Positions 28,584 to 41,191 of a DNA stretch of 64,000 nt are shown here, in pieces. Origin of the DNA: Tubiluchus corallicola. Its lineage: Eukaryota; Animalia; Priapulida. The stretch lies in NCBI GenBank assembly GCA_030141605.1, contig JAQGDQ010000996.1:1-64000 (forward strand), in the 5' to 3' direction. Numbering within the stretch: position 1 is the first letter of the stretch; every line of letters begins with the position of its first letter. The notes under the pieces are model-generated. The model was not told the origin of the DNA. It did no database searches and saw only the letters and a program-made list of their open reading frames with translations. A program made the position numbers and the translations under genes.

Positions 28584-30091
28584 ACTTTTGAAAATGTGAT
28601 TAAATGTTGACAATTTATAAGTCCGGGCACAGCTAAACGATCGACCATCACGTTGCTCGACTGCCATGAATAGTGTAGACAGAATTTAGTAACGATCCAG
28701 GATTTTGTAATAAGAACCGCAAAAAGAACTGTCGATGCCGTCAATATTCATAGCTAAGTGCGTTCTACCAAACAATTTAATTTCTTTGATTATCGATCGT
28801 TTAGTTCTGTCTGGATATGTTCGTTGTTGGTTGTTCTGTTTGCTGCATGTGGATAAATGTCACACACTGTATGTTTATATTGCTAGAGCGATACTTATTT
28901 CTGTATTTAGTGTAAAATCGGTTACATTTTGCTGCTGAGCTTTTAGAACAGTGCAGACTGCTTGGGGTAAGAAGTTACAGTACGTGGAAGTTGGTGGGTA
29001 GTAGAATTTGGCAACACTAGTTCTCAGTTGGCACGTTATAGAAGTTTATCTAAGTTTATCTAAAGTTGTGAATTGTATAAATACTAAATAATCGACTTTA
29101 TTTTGCTACCCTGGACATCGGAGGTGTTCTGCACGAGTTTTGTGATAAGGTTCACGCGTTTTCAGCGTGCGCCATATTTTTTAATGTCATATGTATTGCA
29201 ATTGTTCAGTACGTTATTAAGTAGTATGCCATATTCGGTCATTTCAATTGATCATGATGAAATGTTTTGTCACTGTTTTCATTCTCAAGTTTTTCTGCAG
29301 CTCTATGCTGTCGAGTCGTTTCTACGTCTCAGTGAAATGCAAAATACGCTCAACAGTGAAAATTGTTGAGTGGCCTAGACTCGACTATTTCCGGATGAGC
29401 GCTGTGTTTATCTGTCTAAAGCTTTAAAAATACTTGGGTTTCGCCGCGGTTCTCAAATGAATAGATGTAATGATCCTGAAATAAAAGATTGAGACGCTCA
29501 GCACTGTTTGTTTTTGTCAAATGTCTCTTGTTAAATAGTGAAACACGAAACTGTTAAACATTTGGAATGAGATGAACAGTTGAGTCATCACAGTGTGTAC
29601 TTAAGAGCAATACCAGCCAAAGTTAAGCACAACTCAGCCTGATCACTTAATAGACAGGTGGCTGCTTGTGGTTGTTTTCATCTACCCTCCTGCCAATTTA
29701 CGTAGAGGAAGGACATAGGAGCTTGGCTAAGGCACCTCTGCTAGTTCAGTGCCTCAGTCTAGAGGCTTATCCTTCAATGTGGCCCTGCCTTACCACATTT
29801 ACCTACATTTTCAGCATAACAGTGGTGAATTCTGGCTTGCCATTTAGCAAGCCCTTTAGGAGGTGAACAGTCAGAATGAGCACGGCAAATAAAAATGCCC
29901 AGAGCAGGTATTCAACTCCGGCTCTCGCAGCTTAACTCCGATCGCGTAGCATGCACGCGTGACCACTTAGCTCTCCATCCCATTTCAAAATATATTGTTC
30001 ATTCAGTACTACTCTCAGCAAATTAGACAGTAATCAGACTATAACTAAAGTTAATTCTAGTTAAAAATCACATTTCTTCAACAATAAATTG

Positions 30092-33000
30092 TCAATAATC
30101 TCGGATAATTTTCAAGTTATCGAGCTGTAGGTCAGTTCTGGATGGATACACGACTTTGAGGTGTTCATTTGAGTCGATAACTCGAACCTGTTCGATGACA
30201 ATTGTCCCCATCTGTTGGCAGGATTCAGAAGGTTCGTCGTTTGCTTCTACGTCTGACCAGACTTCGTTATTGAGCATCTCCAATACAAGCGACTCCATAA
30301 CTTTCTTGCATATTTGCATATCTTTCGTGCTAGTAACTTCGACAAAAATATCTTTGGTACTTCGCGAAATCTGAAAACACTAGAATGTTAATCTGTTACT
30401 CGATTTAGACTGTTTTTTTTACTCTCTAATCTATAATCAACTCTTTCACACAACTGAAAATGTTTAAGTCAAATTTATGAAGTTCTGAAATTGAATGATT
30501 CATTAACTCCTTCAGGACCCTATGCATTGCTGCATTTTGCGTGGGTTCAAGAAAAAACTGCTCTCACTAAGCAATGATTACATTATATTTGATAATTTTT
30601 GTAGGTTTCCATTCCTCGCGCAATGGATTTTCATTCAAAATTATACACAAAATGCATTTGCTTACCTTATACAAACTAAAAATCGACTTTTGACTAAAAA
30701 ATTGAAAAACGCTTTCAGTAACTGCAGTGTTTGCACTGTAACAATGTACAGTATCACTTTTGTGAAATTAGCTAATGCAGAAAATTTCAACTATCTAGAC
30801 ATAACACTCTGATAAACTTTGGCTTCAAGTCTACCTTATTTAAGGAGAAATTCCTGTTAAAAAATAAAATGACCTTAATTTCTCCTAAGCTGATGGGTTG
30901 ACTTTTCCTGGAACTCAACTTTCCTCCTTTAACTCCTGCACAGCAGACAGTTCTCTTAGGCTGCTGCAAACAGTCGATCAATGAAATAGTGTGTACGATT
31001 ACGTGTACACCAGACTAAGCTACTCAATAGGCCAAGTTATGGTGCCTGAAAAGGGTGAGTTTTTCTTAATTTTATCGAATTAAATCGCTTATAAATGTTT
31101 AAACAAACACAATGACTGGATAACCGAGGTTCTGAATAGTATCTAATTTGTAATCATTTAGTTATGCCTGTGCTCATACAGTAGCAGAAAAGTCATAGGT
31201 CTTACAAGGTATATTTTGAATGGTATGGTCCTGAAGGAGTTAAAACAAAAGTTTGCATTAATCTACTCAGAGAACATACTTTTGTGACGTCAGAGTTGAC
31301 CAGCGGTGGAAGAGAAATGACTCGTTCTTCATCGTCCACCATGAAGGCAAATTCATTTTTACCTTGCAGCAAATACAGATACCTGTGTGCAGAAATGAAG
31401 TGTTACTTGTGCAAAGAAAAAAAGGTCAGCAGAATATCAATGCTGTACTAAAATTATTGTTTGACAAATGGCATCGTATTCACTCACTAGACCGGCGACC
31501 ACTCTTCTGGAGGTAAAGAAATAAATTGAATACAGTCAACCTCGTATATAAGAGACACCTCGGGACCGGAAAAAACTGTCCCTTATAGCTAAAGTTGAGT
31601 CAGACCGAGAGTGTATCTAGACCCGTATTTTTCTGTACTTTTACCTACATTTTTATGATTTATTGCTACACATTCAATGCAAACGGTATGTCGGAAGCTC
31701 CATCAGTGGTGCGAGATGTATGTGACCGCGGAAATTGAGCTGTTTGAAGCCGAGTTTGCAAAAAAATGAGGTTAAAAATCGATAAATTTCGCTTTGATCA
31801 TAGGGTCCTTTTATGCGAGGTAATTTACCCGGGTTTCTATTACGCAGGACCTGAAGATATCGTCCCTTATAAGCAAGTACCTTATATACGAAGATTTTTA
31901 CATAGGAAAAACGTTACGAAAAATCAAGACCGGTGTTGGTGGTCCCTTATAAGCGAGTACCTTATACCCGAGGTTGACTATATTCAATATTTAAATATTT
32001 AATTAAATAAATATTAATATATTGGGTAATTACTATTTGCACAATACATACACTGCTTACAAACATGTAAATACATGCATATGTACCACAGTAAAACATA
32101 TACTACGTTACTAACAACACAATGATAAAAGTTAATTTAAACTAAAGACAAAAATATCAAACTTTGATGTGTAGACTCGATGGTATAACATAAACGTACA
32201 TACATTCAAGGTAGTTACATCCACCTATTTAATTTACATAAATGATCTTAGTCATGTAGTTCATTTTCAAATTTATAATAATTACCTACTGGTACTAAAA
32301 CAGTTTAAGACAAAATTACAAGCAATTTTAAGAGTTTCTGAATCGTTTGAGTCTAATAATTTTTGTTTGACATCATGTGATAATTAACAAAGTTTGCACA
32401 TATAGAACTATTTTCTGTATAAAGGGTGCTTCTTAGCTGTTCAGAACCCCAGTGGAGTTGGTTGCTTGAAACTAGAGATACCGATACTGGACCACATTAG
32501 TCTTCAGACCCTGTTCCATACAATACACTGTTTTTTTCCCTAAATTATGTAAGCATTGCTCAACTTACAAATCAAGAATCTTCTGTTCTATGCATTACAC
32601 AAAATCTTGGCATGTACCTGCAATCTTCGACTGTTTAAAGGCAGGACTTCTCTTACCTTACCTTAGACCTTAGTCCTTCCTGCGCATTGATGCACATTGG
32701 GCAGACAGCATTTTCCACTGAGTTCTATCGGCGGCTTCGTTCTCTACGTTTTCCCAACGTATGTTGACAGCTCGAAGGTCTTCTTTGAAGGATCTGCGCC
32801 ACGTTGTTTTTGGCCGACCTCTTTTTCGTTTCCCACCAGGTGGTTCCCACTGTACTGCTGTTTTGGCGTAACGACTTTCTGATAGACGGAGAATATGTCC
32901 AGCCAGTTTCATTCTTCTCTCTGTAACTATATCTTGTAACCGCAATGACTGCGCTCGTTGAAGAACTTCTACATTGGTGACATGGTCGCGGTAGGAGATT

Positions 33001-36000
33001 TTTAGTATCTTTCGAAGGCATTTTTGGTGGAAGACGTTCAGTTTCTTTGATAACTCCGCTGTGACTTTCCAGGTTTCGCTGGCATAGAGAGCCGTTGGCA
33101 GCACAATGGCGTTGTACAGACGAAGTTTGATTTTCATGTCAATTTTCTTGCTTGTCCAGATTTTTCCCATCTTCCTAAATACTGCTGTTGCTTTGCCGAT
33201 TCTCCCCCTGATGTCATTTTCTGTACCTCCATTACAGGTCATCACACTGCCCAGATATGAAAAACTGGTAACGTTCTTAACCATTTGGCCTCCCACTGTT
33301 ATATGTACATCATTCTGTTGGTTTGTCCACACTTTCAAAACTTTGGTCTTTTCTTGACTAATTCTCAATCCAATTTTTCCCGCTACTTCTTCCATACTTG
33401 TGGTCAGTTGTTGCAGGCTTTCTTTTGATGTTTCCAGAAGAGCTATATCGTCAGCAAAGTCCAGATCTGCCAATCGTTGTTGTTGTTTCCATTGCATTCC
33501 TAGATCTTTACCATCAACCGCCTTCTTCATGATGAAATCAATCGTCAGTAGGAACAGGAATGGCGACATAATGCAACCCTGCTTAACTCCAGTTTCGATG
33601 GTGAAATACTCGGTGTTTCCCTCTTGTGTTCTTATACAACAGCCGCTGTTTTGGTAAAAGTTCTGGATGGTTGAAATGAATTTCTGTGGGATACCATACA
33701 GAGAAGCAATTTTCCATAGAGACTGCCTGTGAACAGAGTCAAAAGCCTTCTTGAAATCAATAAAATTGATTAATAAGGGCTGTTGGAATTCCATACATTG
33801 CTCAATGATGTTTCTGAGAGTGAATATCTGTTCACAGCATGATCTTCCTTTTCTAAATCCAGCTTGTTGTTCTCTTAGTCTTATATCAACAGCATCTCTC
33901 AACCGATCTAGCAGCACTATACTCAGGACTTTTCCAGGTATTGACATCAGAGTTATTCCTCTCCAATTATTGCAATCTGTCAGGTTCCCTTTTTTAGGCA
34001 ACTTCACGATGACTCCATTTCTCCAATCTTCGGGGACCTTTTGTTGTTCCCAGCAGCTGTTCAGGAGCTTTGTCATTGATCGTGTTATCCCTTTAATACC
34101 GTGTTTCAGGAGCTCAGCTGTTATTTGGTCCTCTCCAGCTGCTTTGTTGTTCTTTAGTTTTTTGATGGCAGTTTCTACTTCCAGTTCACTGATGTTGTCC
34201 AATCTTACATCTAGCTGTTGTTGTCCAATTTCATTCTCAAAATTGAATAATGTTGTTGGGTTTGGCTGGTTGAGAACTTCCTTGAAGTGTTCCACCCATC
34301 ATGCGTTTTGCTGTTCTGTTGTTGTGAGAGTCACACCACTTTTGTTCTTGATTGGCACAGCTGGGGTGCCTCCTGTTCCCGTTAGATCTTTAACAATTCT
34401 GTAGAGAGTCTTGGTATCATTATGGCTGGCTGCTAACTGTGCTTCTTCACCCTTCTTTTCAAACCATTCGTTCTTGTCCCTCCTGCAACGTCTTTTTACT
34501 GCTCTATCTGCCAGTTGGTACTGCACATTGGCTTGACTCCTGCTTTCTGGTGTTTTTGCTTGGTCTCTCATTTGCTTAGTCTTCTTTCTTTCATCAATTA
34601 ATTCCCAAGTTTTTTCTTGTATCCACATTTCTTTTCTGTTACCCCTTCTTCTGCCGATCTGTTCATCTGCAACTGCTGTTACTGCTTCTTTGAATATTTT
34701 CCACTGTTCTTCAATATCGTTGGCTTGTAGTAGTGGTTCAAATTTGTTGCTAAGTGCAAGTTCAAAAAAGGACTTAAGGACTTCTCTACAAGGTAAGTAT
34801 TTGTGATGTGTTAATGAAAACATGGAAATTCTATTTATAATAATGTGCAATATAATTTTTTTGCTATAAACAAACTCACTTGTGAATACCGGAAAACGTG
34901 TTTCGTTTCTTCTCTTTACGCAACGCTTCTGCTTCATCTCTCAGTTTGCAATACAGCTGTTTTGCTGTTACTTGGTGATGTTGAAACAGAGGCAAAATCT
35001 ACAAAAGAATTGAACAAACGCTATACACAAAAATGTAGTAAAACAATAGCAATAACCATACAAAATTATGCAATATAATAGTTAATTCTTTATCCTATAA
35101 GCTTTGTGTCTAATGTAAAATCGATTAACAATTATTAGATACAGAGCAGGATGAAAAATAAAATTATAAAGCAATCACTAGTAAGTTTCATAATACGCAA
35201 TAATTTTAATCAATATCACAGAACATTTTTATTGCATTTACCTGGTTGACTTGCTGTCGAAACTAGACAGAGCTTTTCTGTTAGTTCCGTCTGGGCGATG
35301 TGTGCACCAGAATTGGGCAATTAATACCATATTTTTGTTAAGTGATTATATTATTAATTATTTGCGCCAAATATATCAAAATATTACCATAATAACCATG
35401 TTTTACTGTTTTATAATTTTGTAATTGCAGAGTCTAGATATGCACCGTAAGACTCTAAAAGGTACAAAAAACTGATAGATTTAATTACAGTAGTAGACGC
35501 TTAATAGACTCACTTTGGGACCGACATGTTTTGACCCAATTAACCAATTGAACCTATTAACCGATGGGTGTAGTATTACTGCTATAGAAGTATGAGTCAT
35601 CAGCTTACTATGCACAGCAAAGGCTTTTAATCAAGTTTAGAAACGAAGTAATGCCTAAATTTCTTTGTGCAGTTAGAAATTAGAAAAAAATATTTTAAAA
35701 TATTAATTTATATAAGTGAATTAACAATAAATTAAAAAGTACACTTTTCTAAATCGTACTGCCCTAAAATTTTCAGTTTCTCCTTAACTGTTAGATCTTT
35801 ACGCTTATACTCTATTTTTAAAACTTCTTAACTCTATGCCCTTATTTGATGTATGATGTTTACTCTTGTAAGTCACAAGAAATACCAGCTGATTACTGTA
35901 CCTGCATCTTTGACTATTAACTCATTAAGCCTGAAAGTGTGATTTTCAAATAGAGCATCAAAACGAAACCGCTAGACAAGTGATTAAATGTTTAGCTTCC

Positions 36001-38437
36001 AGAAATTCTTTTGGTAATGAGGTTAATGGCAGTGGACGAGCAGGTAACAGATTCAATGCAAAACTGCTACCCTAGCGCATGATAAACATACCTGTTTATA
36101 AACAAAACGGTACTTAACATGATTGTTTCTACATATATAATGCACGTACTAATAAAAGGAAGTAAAGATGTCATAAAAGTAGGAAAGGCTGTTTGGGCAC
36201 ATACAATGTCTTATTTTAAGTACATGAATGAAAAATATTGAGTCAATTAAGCGGCAACTATTGTAATTAGATTACAACTGTAACTGCCAGAACTTTCACA
36301 ACAATTACTACCCATTGTAATGAGTTGGAGGAAAAGAGACACTGAAAAAGTGTAGACTAGTCGGGATCGTAGCTGATGTATTTGTGACTTACGTTTATCG
36401 TGTCTGGAGGTTTGGCATCGAAAACCAGGTTTCCCTTTATCAGTGTCAAGTCATGCGTGGCAATTGTTGCGCCAGATCTCTTGTCACATACTGAATCATG
36501 AAGTTTAGTCTGGAAATAAAATTTCAATTGAATAACATTTCAGTTAAAAATCTGGATAACATATTCATGCTCTTACGGTGACGACAATGGCTAGACCGGA
36601 AAAGAAGAATGTTATAACTTTTCTATTTGCGCCATTGCGCCATTTGCTATTCAAACCCTGTTTTATAAATCCATTTGGAATGCCATCTTTGTCATTTTAG
36701 AATTATAGGAAAAGCAAGCACATCTCAAGAATGGTTTTGCCGTCATTTATAAGTTGACTGATATGGGGCACCTGACCTACTCAACCAGCAATGTGAGCTT
36801 TTATGCTGTATATATCACTTTGTTTACCTGTGAAAGAGTTACTCTTTTTTCTAATATACTTGACTAAAGCAAGTTTTCATAATACTGTAAGTGCTTTCTA
36901 AACGGTGCTAATGCCTTCCAGCAAAACATCGTTAAATGAAGCCAAGGCTTCCATAGAATGCAATGTAAAAGAATTGAGATACCATCCTGCTTTATAAATC
37001 CAGTTGGAATGTCCTTTTGTCATTTTTAGAATTGCAGGAAAAGTCGGCACATCTCAGGAACTTACGGCTTTGAGGCCATTTGCAAGTTAACTGATATGCG
37101 GCACCTTCTCTGCTCTAGTGTTCTAATTTACGCTCTTGTGCTGCATGTATTGCTTTGTTTACTTGCAATACCATTTTTTGTCTAATGTACTTGATTAAAG
37201 CAAGTGTTCATAATGTCTGTAGGTCGTAAAAGTTATTAGTAAATACTTTTGTTAAGATGATATAAGCAACGGAAGTTTGTTAAGAAAATATGCAGTAGCA
37301 AACCAGCTAGTAGGTTAACAAACACCACTTTGCTAGGATGAAAAAGTGGTTGGCTGGCCTGCTATCTTCTTTAACAAGTATAACCATCTCCAAGTTTACT
37401 ACTATAACACTTTTGCTATTTGATAAATTAATATTTCTACATACCTGAAGGGAAATAAATTTTTTAAAGGTGTTCCCCTTAGAAAAATCTATGTTCTTCA
37501 TAATGCAGCAGACTATAAAAGGCCGAATTTCTCGAACGGTTTCAGTCATTAACACACAGATCGTGGAGTCCTGACAATGCTCAACCTTTACCGTGTGCTT
37601 CGGTGTTGACTCCATCTTGTCCTCATCTTTCTTTTCTCGTTTTTTCTTTCTTTTTTCGTCTTTTCCACTGCCTGCCTTTTTAGTGGTGGAATCACCAGCT
37701 TTTAACCGTGGTGAGTTTTTGCGAACATACTCCAGTGCTGCCTTTGTTTTTGATTGAATAAACAGTTTTTCTAGTCGTTTATCAGCAAGTTTGTTTCCCA
37801 TCATATTCAAATCCTTTAGCTTTGGACAGTCCGCAACTTCGGCTGGAATGATTTTAATCGCATTATTTGAGAGGTCAAGCATTTTCAGTGAATGTAAGCT
37901 TTCGACATCTGGCGGAATATCAGCTATTCTGTTATCGCTAAGATTTAATGTCATTAATCCCTTCAAAAAGCATAAAATGATGGGAAAATCTGAAAATTCA
38001 TTGTGTGATAAGTCTAACGTTGCCAAATGTTGGAGGGCCTCAATGCCATCTGGTAATGACGACAGTAAATTGTTCCCTGCCAGTAGTGTCTGAAGTTCTG
38101 TCAAAGTAAAGAAAGTTTCTGGCAATTCTTCAATTCGATTATTGGAAATGTCTAGAAGCTTTAGTTTTGTGAGACGACAAATTGCAGTTGGTAATTCTTC
38201 GAGCTTGTTGCTGTGCAGAACTAGGTTGGTAAGGCCAGAAAGGTTTGCTACGTCACGCGTAAGAGTTTGCAGGCCACATTTACTCACTTCTAAAAAGTTT
38301 AATGACTTCAGTGAGTAAATCGTTGCTTCCAAGCCATCTTCTTCTATTTCTTTTGCCACATCAACTCCTGTAAGCACTAATTCCCGTCTATTCTCTGATT
38401 TTGCCAAGTCGATTGCATGTTTCATAGAAGCCGACAT
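30092..38437 (-). CDS. LRRC47: Leucine-rich repeat-containing protein 47 (LRRs plus B3/4 PheRS-beta-like domain)
   Basis: Exons 38437-37445 (LRRs, ENRRELVL, IRPFIVCCI), 36509-36393 (TKLHDSVCDKRSGATIATHDL), 34998-34880 (EAEALRKEKKRNTFSGIHK), 31382-31280 (VISLPPLVNSDVTK) and 30370-30092 (IEQVRVID..LKVVYPSRTDL). All phases are consistent. Confidence 0.93.
30507..31239. mobile_element. piggyBac-like non-autonomous element
   Basis: TTAA-CTCCTTCAGGACC ... GGTCCTGAAGGAG-TTAA. Its right half is homologous to 1-358. Confidence 0.8.
31533..31980. mobile_element. Tc1/mariner-pogo-type MITE, family A, second copy
   Basis: TA-CAGTCAACCTCGTATATAAG ... CTTATACCCGAGGTTGACTA-TA. Confidence 0.8.
32654..34776 (-). 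mobile_element. 5'-truncated RTE-clade LINE in LRRC47 intron 3
   Basis: 11-bp TSD AGGACTTCTCT at 32643-32653 and 34777-34787. A (TAAGG)n tail follows the stop codon directly. No endonuclease domain remains. Confidence 0.9.
32670..34770 (-). pseudogene. RTE reverse transcriptase fragment with an in-frame TGA at 34299-34301
   Basis: Motifs NWRGITL, QAGFRKGRSC, GVKQGCIMSP, DFADD, YASETW and GRPKTTW. QQNA*WVEHF stands where RWxEHF is expected, consistent with CGA>TGA. Confidence 0.9.
35488..36263. mobile_element. Tc1/pogo-type MITE, family B, second copy
   Basis: CAGTAGTAGACGCTTAATAGACTCACTTTGGGACCGAC ... TTAAGCGGCAACTATTG-TA, colinear with 39766-40695. Confidence 0.78.
36650..37215. repeat. 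Diverged tandem duplication, unit ~330 bp, in LRRC47 intron 1
   Basis: TTTATAAATCCA.TTGGAATG..TTTGTCATTTT..GCACATCTCA..CTGATATG.GGCACCT..TACTTGA.TAAAGCAAGT occurs at ~36660 and again at ~36990. Confidence 0.75.
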
Positions 38438-38565
38438 GTTGGAAACAAACTCCGCGCCAGGCAAACGCACTCGAGCATATTTTAAGCGTTACATGATTTA
38501 TATATTTTTTTGCGCCTTGGACAAGAAATAACGATCGCTTCAGCCTGCTAGGCAAAGCGTGACAT

Positions 38566-38905
38566 TAAGGGTAAGCATAGAACGCTCGAGTTTTTTTAGT
38601 TCGAACTCGATTCAAACATAAAACTATAGCTTCGAATAATTCAGCACTTCAATCATATATGTTCTTTAAAATTAAACGATTGAAACATCATGCAATTAGC
38701 ATAATTTAGCTGCTGTGATTTCTGTGCACAATTTTAAGCAAATCATTAGTCGTTTTTTTGCAGAACAAAATCGAGTGATATGCATGATCTTTGTAAGACT
38801 AATTTTTACTGGTGGTACGAAAATCTTTCAATCTCAGTTCAAATTCGAAGCACTGAAGTTCGGCTTGTTTCGAATTCGCTTCTGGTACTGAATGCTCACC
38901 CCCTA
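38566..38905. mobile_element. hAT-like MITE just upstream of LRRC47
   Basis: AGGGGTAAGCAT ... ATGCTCACCCCT, an imperfect 8-bp TSD (CGTGACAT/AGGGACAT) and TTCGAA subterminal repeats. Confidence 0.55.
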
Positions 38906-39765
38906 AGGGACATACTAAAAATGTTTCAGTCTGCCAATAAGCTACTGTCCAGTACTGATATATATTTATAACTACTTCTGTCCTTCTAGGTTTGTAACAA
39001 AACGTTTTGTGACTAATGTGATACAACTACACACAACAAACCCGCTGTCTACTAAGTGAGTCTACACCCATGTTGAGTTACTGTATTTGGATCAGATTAT
39101 GTATCAGTTTTGCTTAATATGCATATGGGATAATAGTGCAAAGATGTAACTACTTTAATTATAAACTGATTACTTACTGAAAACAATGTTACCAAATACA
39201 ATCTTATAAAAAATGTGAAATGTTCATAATTACAAAAATATATAGATAGAAACACTGATTTTATTGTCCTGCTTCAGAAGCCTGTTTCACAGTAGTTTTA
39301 CATACTTCAACACTTACAAAGTATCAAAATTCTAATCAGCAATAACAACAACATTAGCCACTTCGCTACTAATTATTATGCATATGAAGACATTTAAGGT
39401 CGAACTACAGTAACTAACATTCACACACACATACACAAAATCAAATTTACAGCCCATTTTTAAATAACTTAACTACAGTAATGTAAAACAAACACAAGTA
39501 TTTAAGTAAGTATACATGCCTAATCATAAGTTAGAAGTATTTACAGACAAAGGTTTTACATACAGTGATAATTTACATCAACTGGGAATTGGATAAGTTG
39601 TTAAATTAATAACGATCTACATTCTTTAAATTGCATTACACTGTTTGATTTAATCACTGAAAACACAATGACGTGTTGTACATCAGTGGTACAATAAAAA
39701 GTAAGACCTGAGAATTAAATATTGGCTAACAAGTATCAGTTAAGCACTGAAAGAAAAACAAACTA

Positions 39766-40695
39766 CAGTAGGGGCCACTTAACAGACTCACTTTGGGACC
39801 GACGAGTTTTGACACAATTAACCGACGGAACCTATTAACCGATGGGTGTTGTATTACAGGTATGGAAGTATGAGTCACCAGTTTACTATGCACTGCAAGG
39901 TGTTTAATGAATTTTAGAAATGAAGTAATGCCTAAATTCCTTTGTGCAGTTAAAAATTAGAAAAAGTATGTTAAAATATTAATTTATGTAAGTGAGTTAG
40001 CAATAAGTTAAAAAGTATACTTTTCTAAATCATAGACTTTTCTAAGTCTGTTTATTTGCAAAAATTACAAAAATTCCTTCAAAGTCGGCTGCTTCATTTT
40101 CTCGCAAAAAAATGGCCGACAGAGTTCTCATCATTATAACAACGTTGATGTGCGTGAGTAAAACAGTTTTGAGTCGTCTGCTCACTTACATTGTCCTTAT
40201 TTGCTCTAAGATATTTACTGTTGTAAATCACAACGAATACGATTATACTGTACCTGCATCTTGGACTGTTAACTCATTAAGCCTGAAAGAGTGATTTGCA
40301 ACGAGAGCATCAAAAGGAAACCGCTAGGCAAGTTAAATGTTTAGCTTCCAGAAATTGTTTGGGTAACAGTGGGCAACAGATTCAAAGCAAAACCGCTACG
40401 CTAGCATATTAGTGCATGATAAACATACCTGTTTATAAAAAAACGGTATTTAACATAATTGTTTCTACATATATAATGCACGAAGGGGAGGTAAAGATGA
40501 CATAAAAGTAGGAAAGGCTCTTTGGGCACATACAAATATCTTATTTTAAGTAGGTGAATGAAAAACATTGAGTCAATTATGAGGAGCTATTTGAGTCAAT
40601 TACCGATGGTTTATATGTATATTTGAATAGAAGCGGCCCGTTCCAGGTGTTTTTGAGTCAATTAAGCAATTTAGTCTATTAAGCGGCGCCTACTG
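39766..40695. mobile_element. Tc1/pogo-type MITE, family B
   Basis: TA-CAGTAGGGGCCACTTAACAGACT ... AGTCTATTAAGCGGCGCCTACTG. Long homology to 35488-36263, and an inverted fragment at ~3598-3760. Confidence 0.8.
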
Positions 40696-40757
40696 CTTAT
40701 AATATATATATGGTGTAGCATGAAGTCTAGTATGGTATGCAGACCCCTCCTCTTCCC

Positions 40758-40761
<4 letters not shown>

Positions 40762-40819
<58 letters not shown>

Positions 40820-40856
40820 TCTCTCTCTCCCCTCCCCCTCCCTCCCCCCTCTCTCT
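40762..40856. repeat. (CT)n microsatellite and polypyrimidine tract
   Basis: Visible directly; it produces the spurious ER/SL-repeat ORFs. Confidence 0.97.
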
Positions 40857-41191
40857 CGCTCGTGTGCACACGCACAAATTATTGTTTCTGGTAAGAGTTT
40901 TTACTCCTTTTTAGTCCTGTTATTCAACTTGTCTGCAAGAGCAGAATCGTTTACCTAAGTACAATCAACTAATCAATCAATCAGCCAGCCAGCCAGCCAA
41001 CCAATCAACCAATCATTAGGTAACTTCAAACAGTTATGCTGCTACTTGACAGATAATATTAGGTCGGTGTTGATAGACACGAAATTCCCTTGATTTTTTA
41101 CAGTTGACATCACTACCAACTGTGGCATTTACGAAAATGACGCACGCAAACTGCCAGCTGCCGCATGAACTCTGTTGACTAGAATGTTTTA

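Noticed and set aside
34777-34937. N-terminal part of ORF 34299-34937 as LINE coding sequence
   Set aside because: It lies outside the TSD. It is LRRC47 intron and exon sequence read through by chance.
40671-40958. ER- and SL-repeat ORFs
   Set aside because: They are products of the (CT)n microsatellite.
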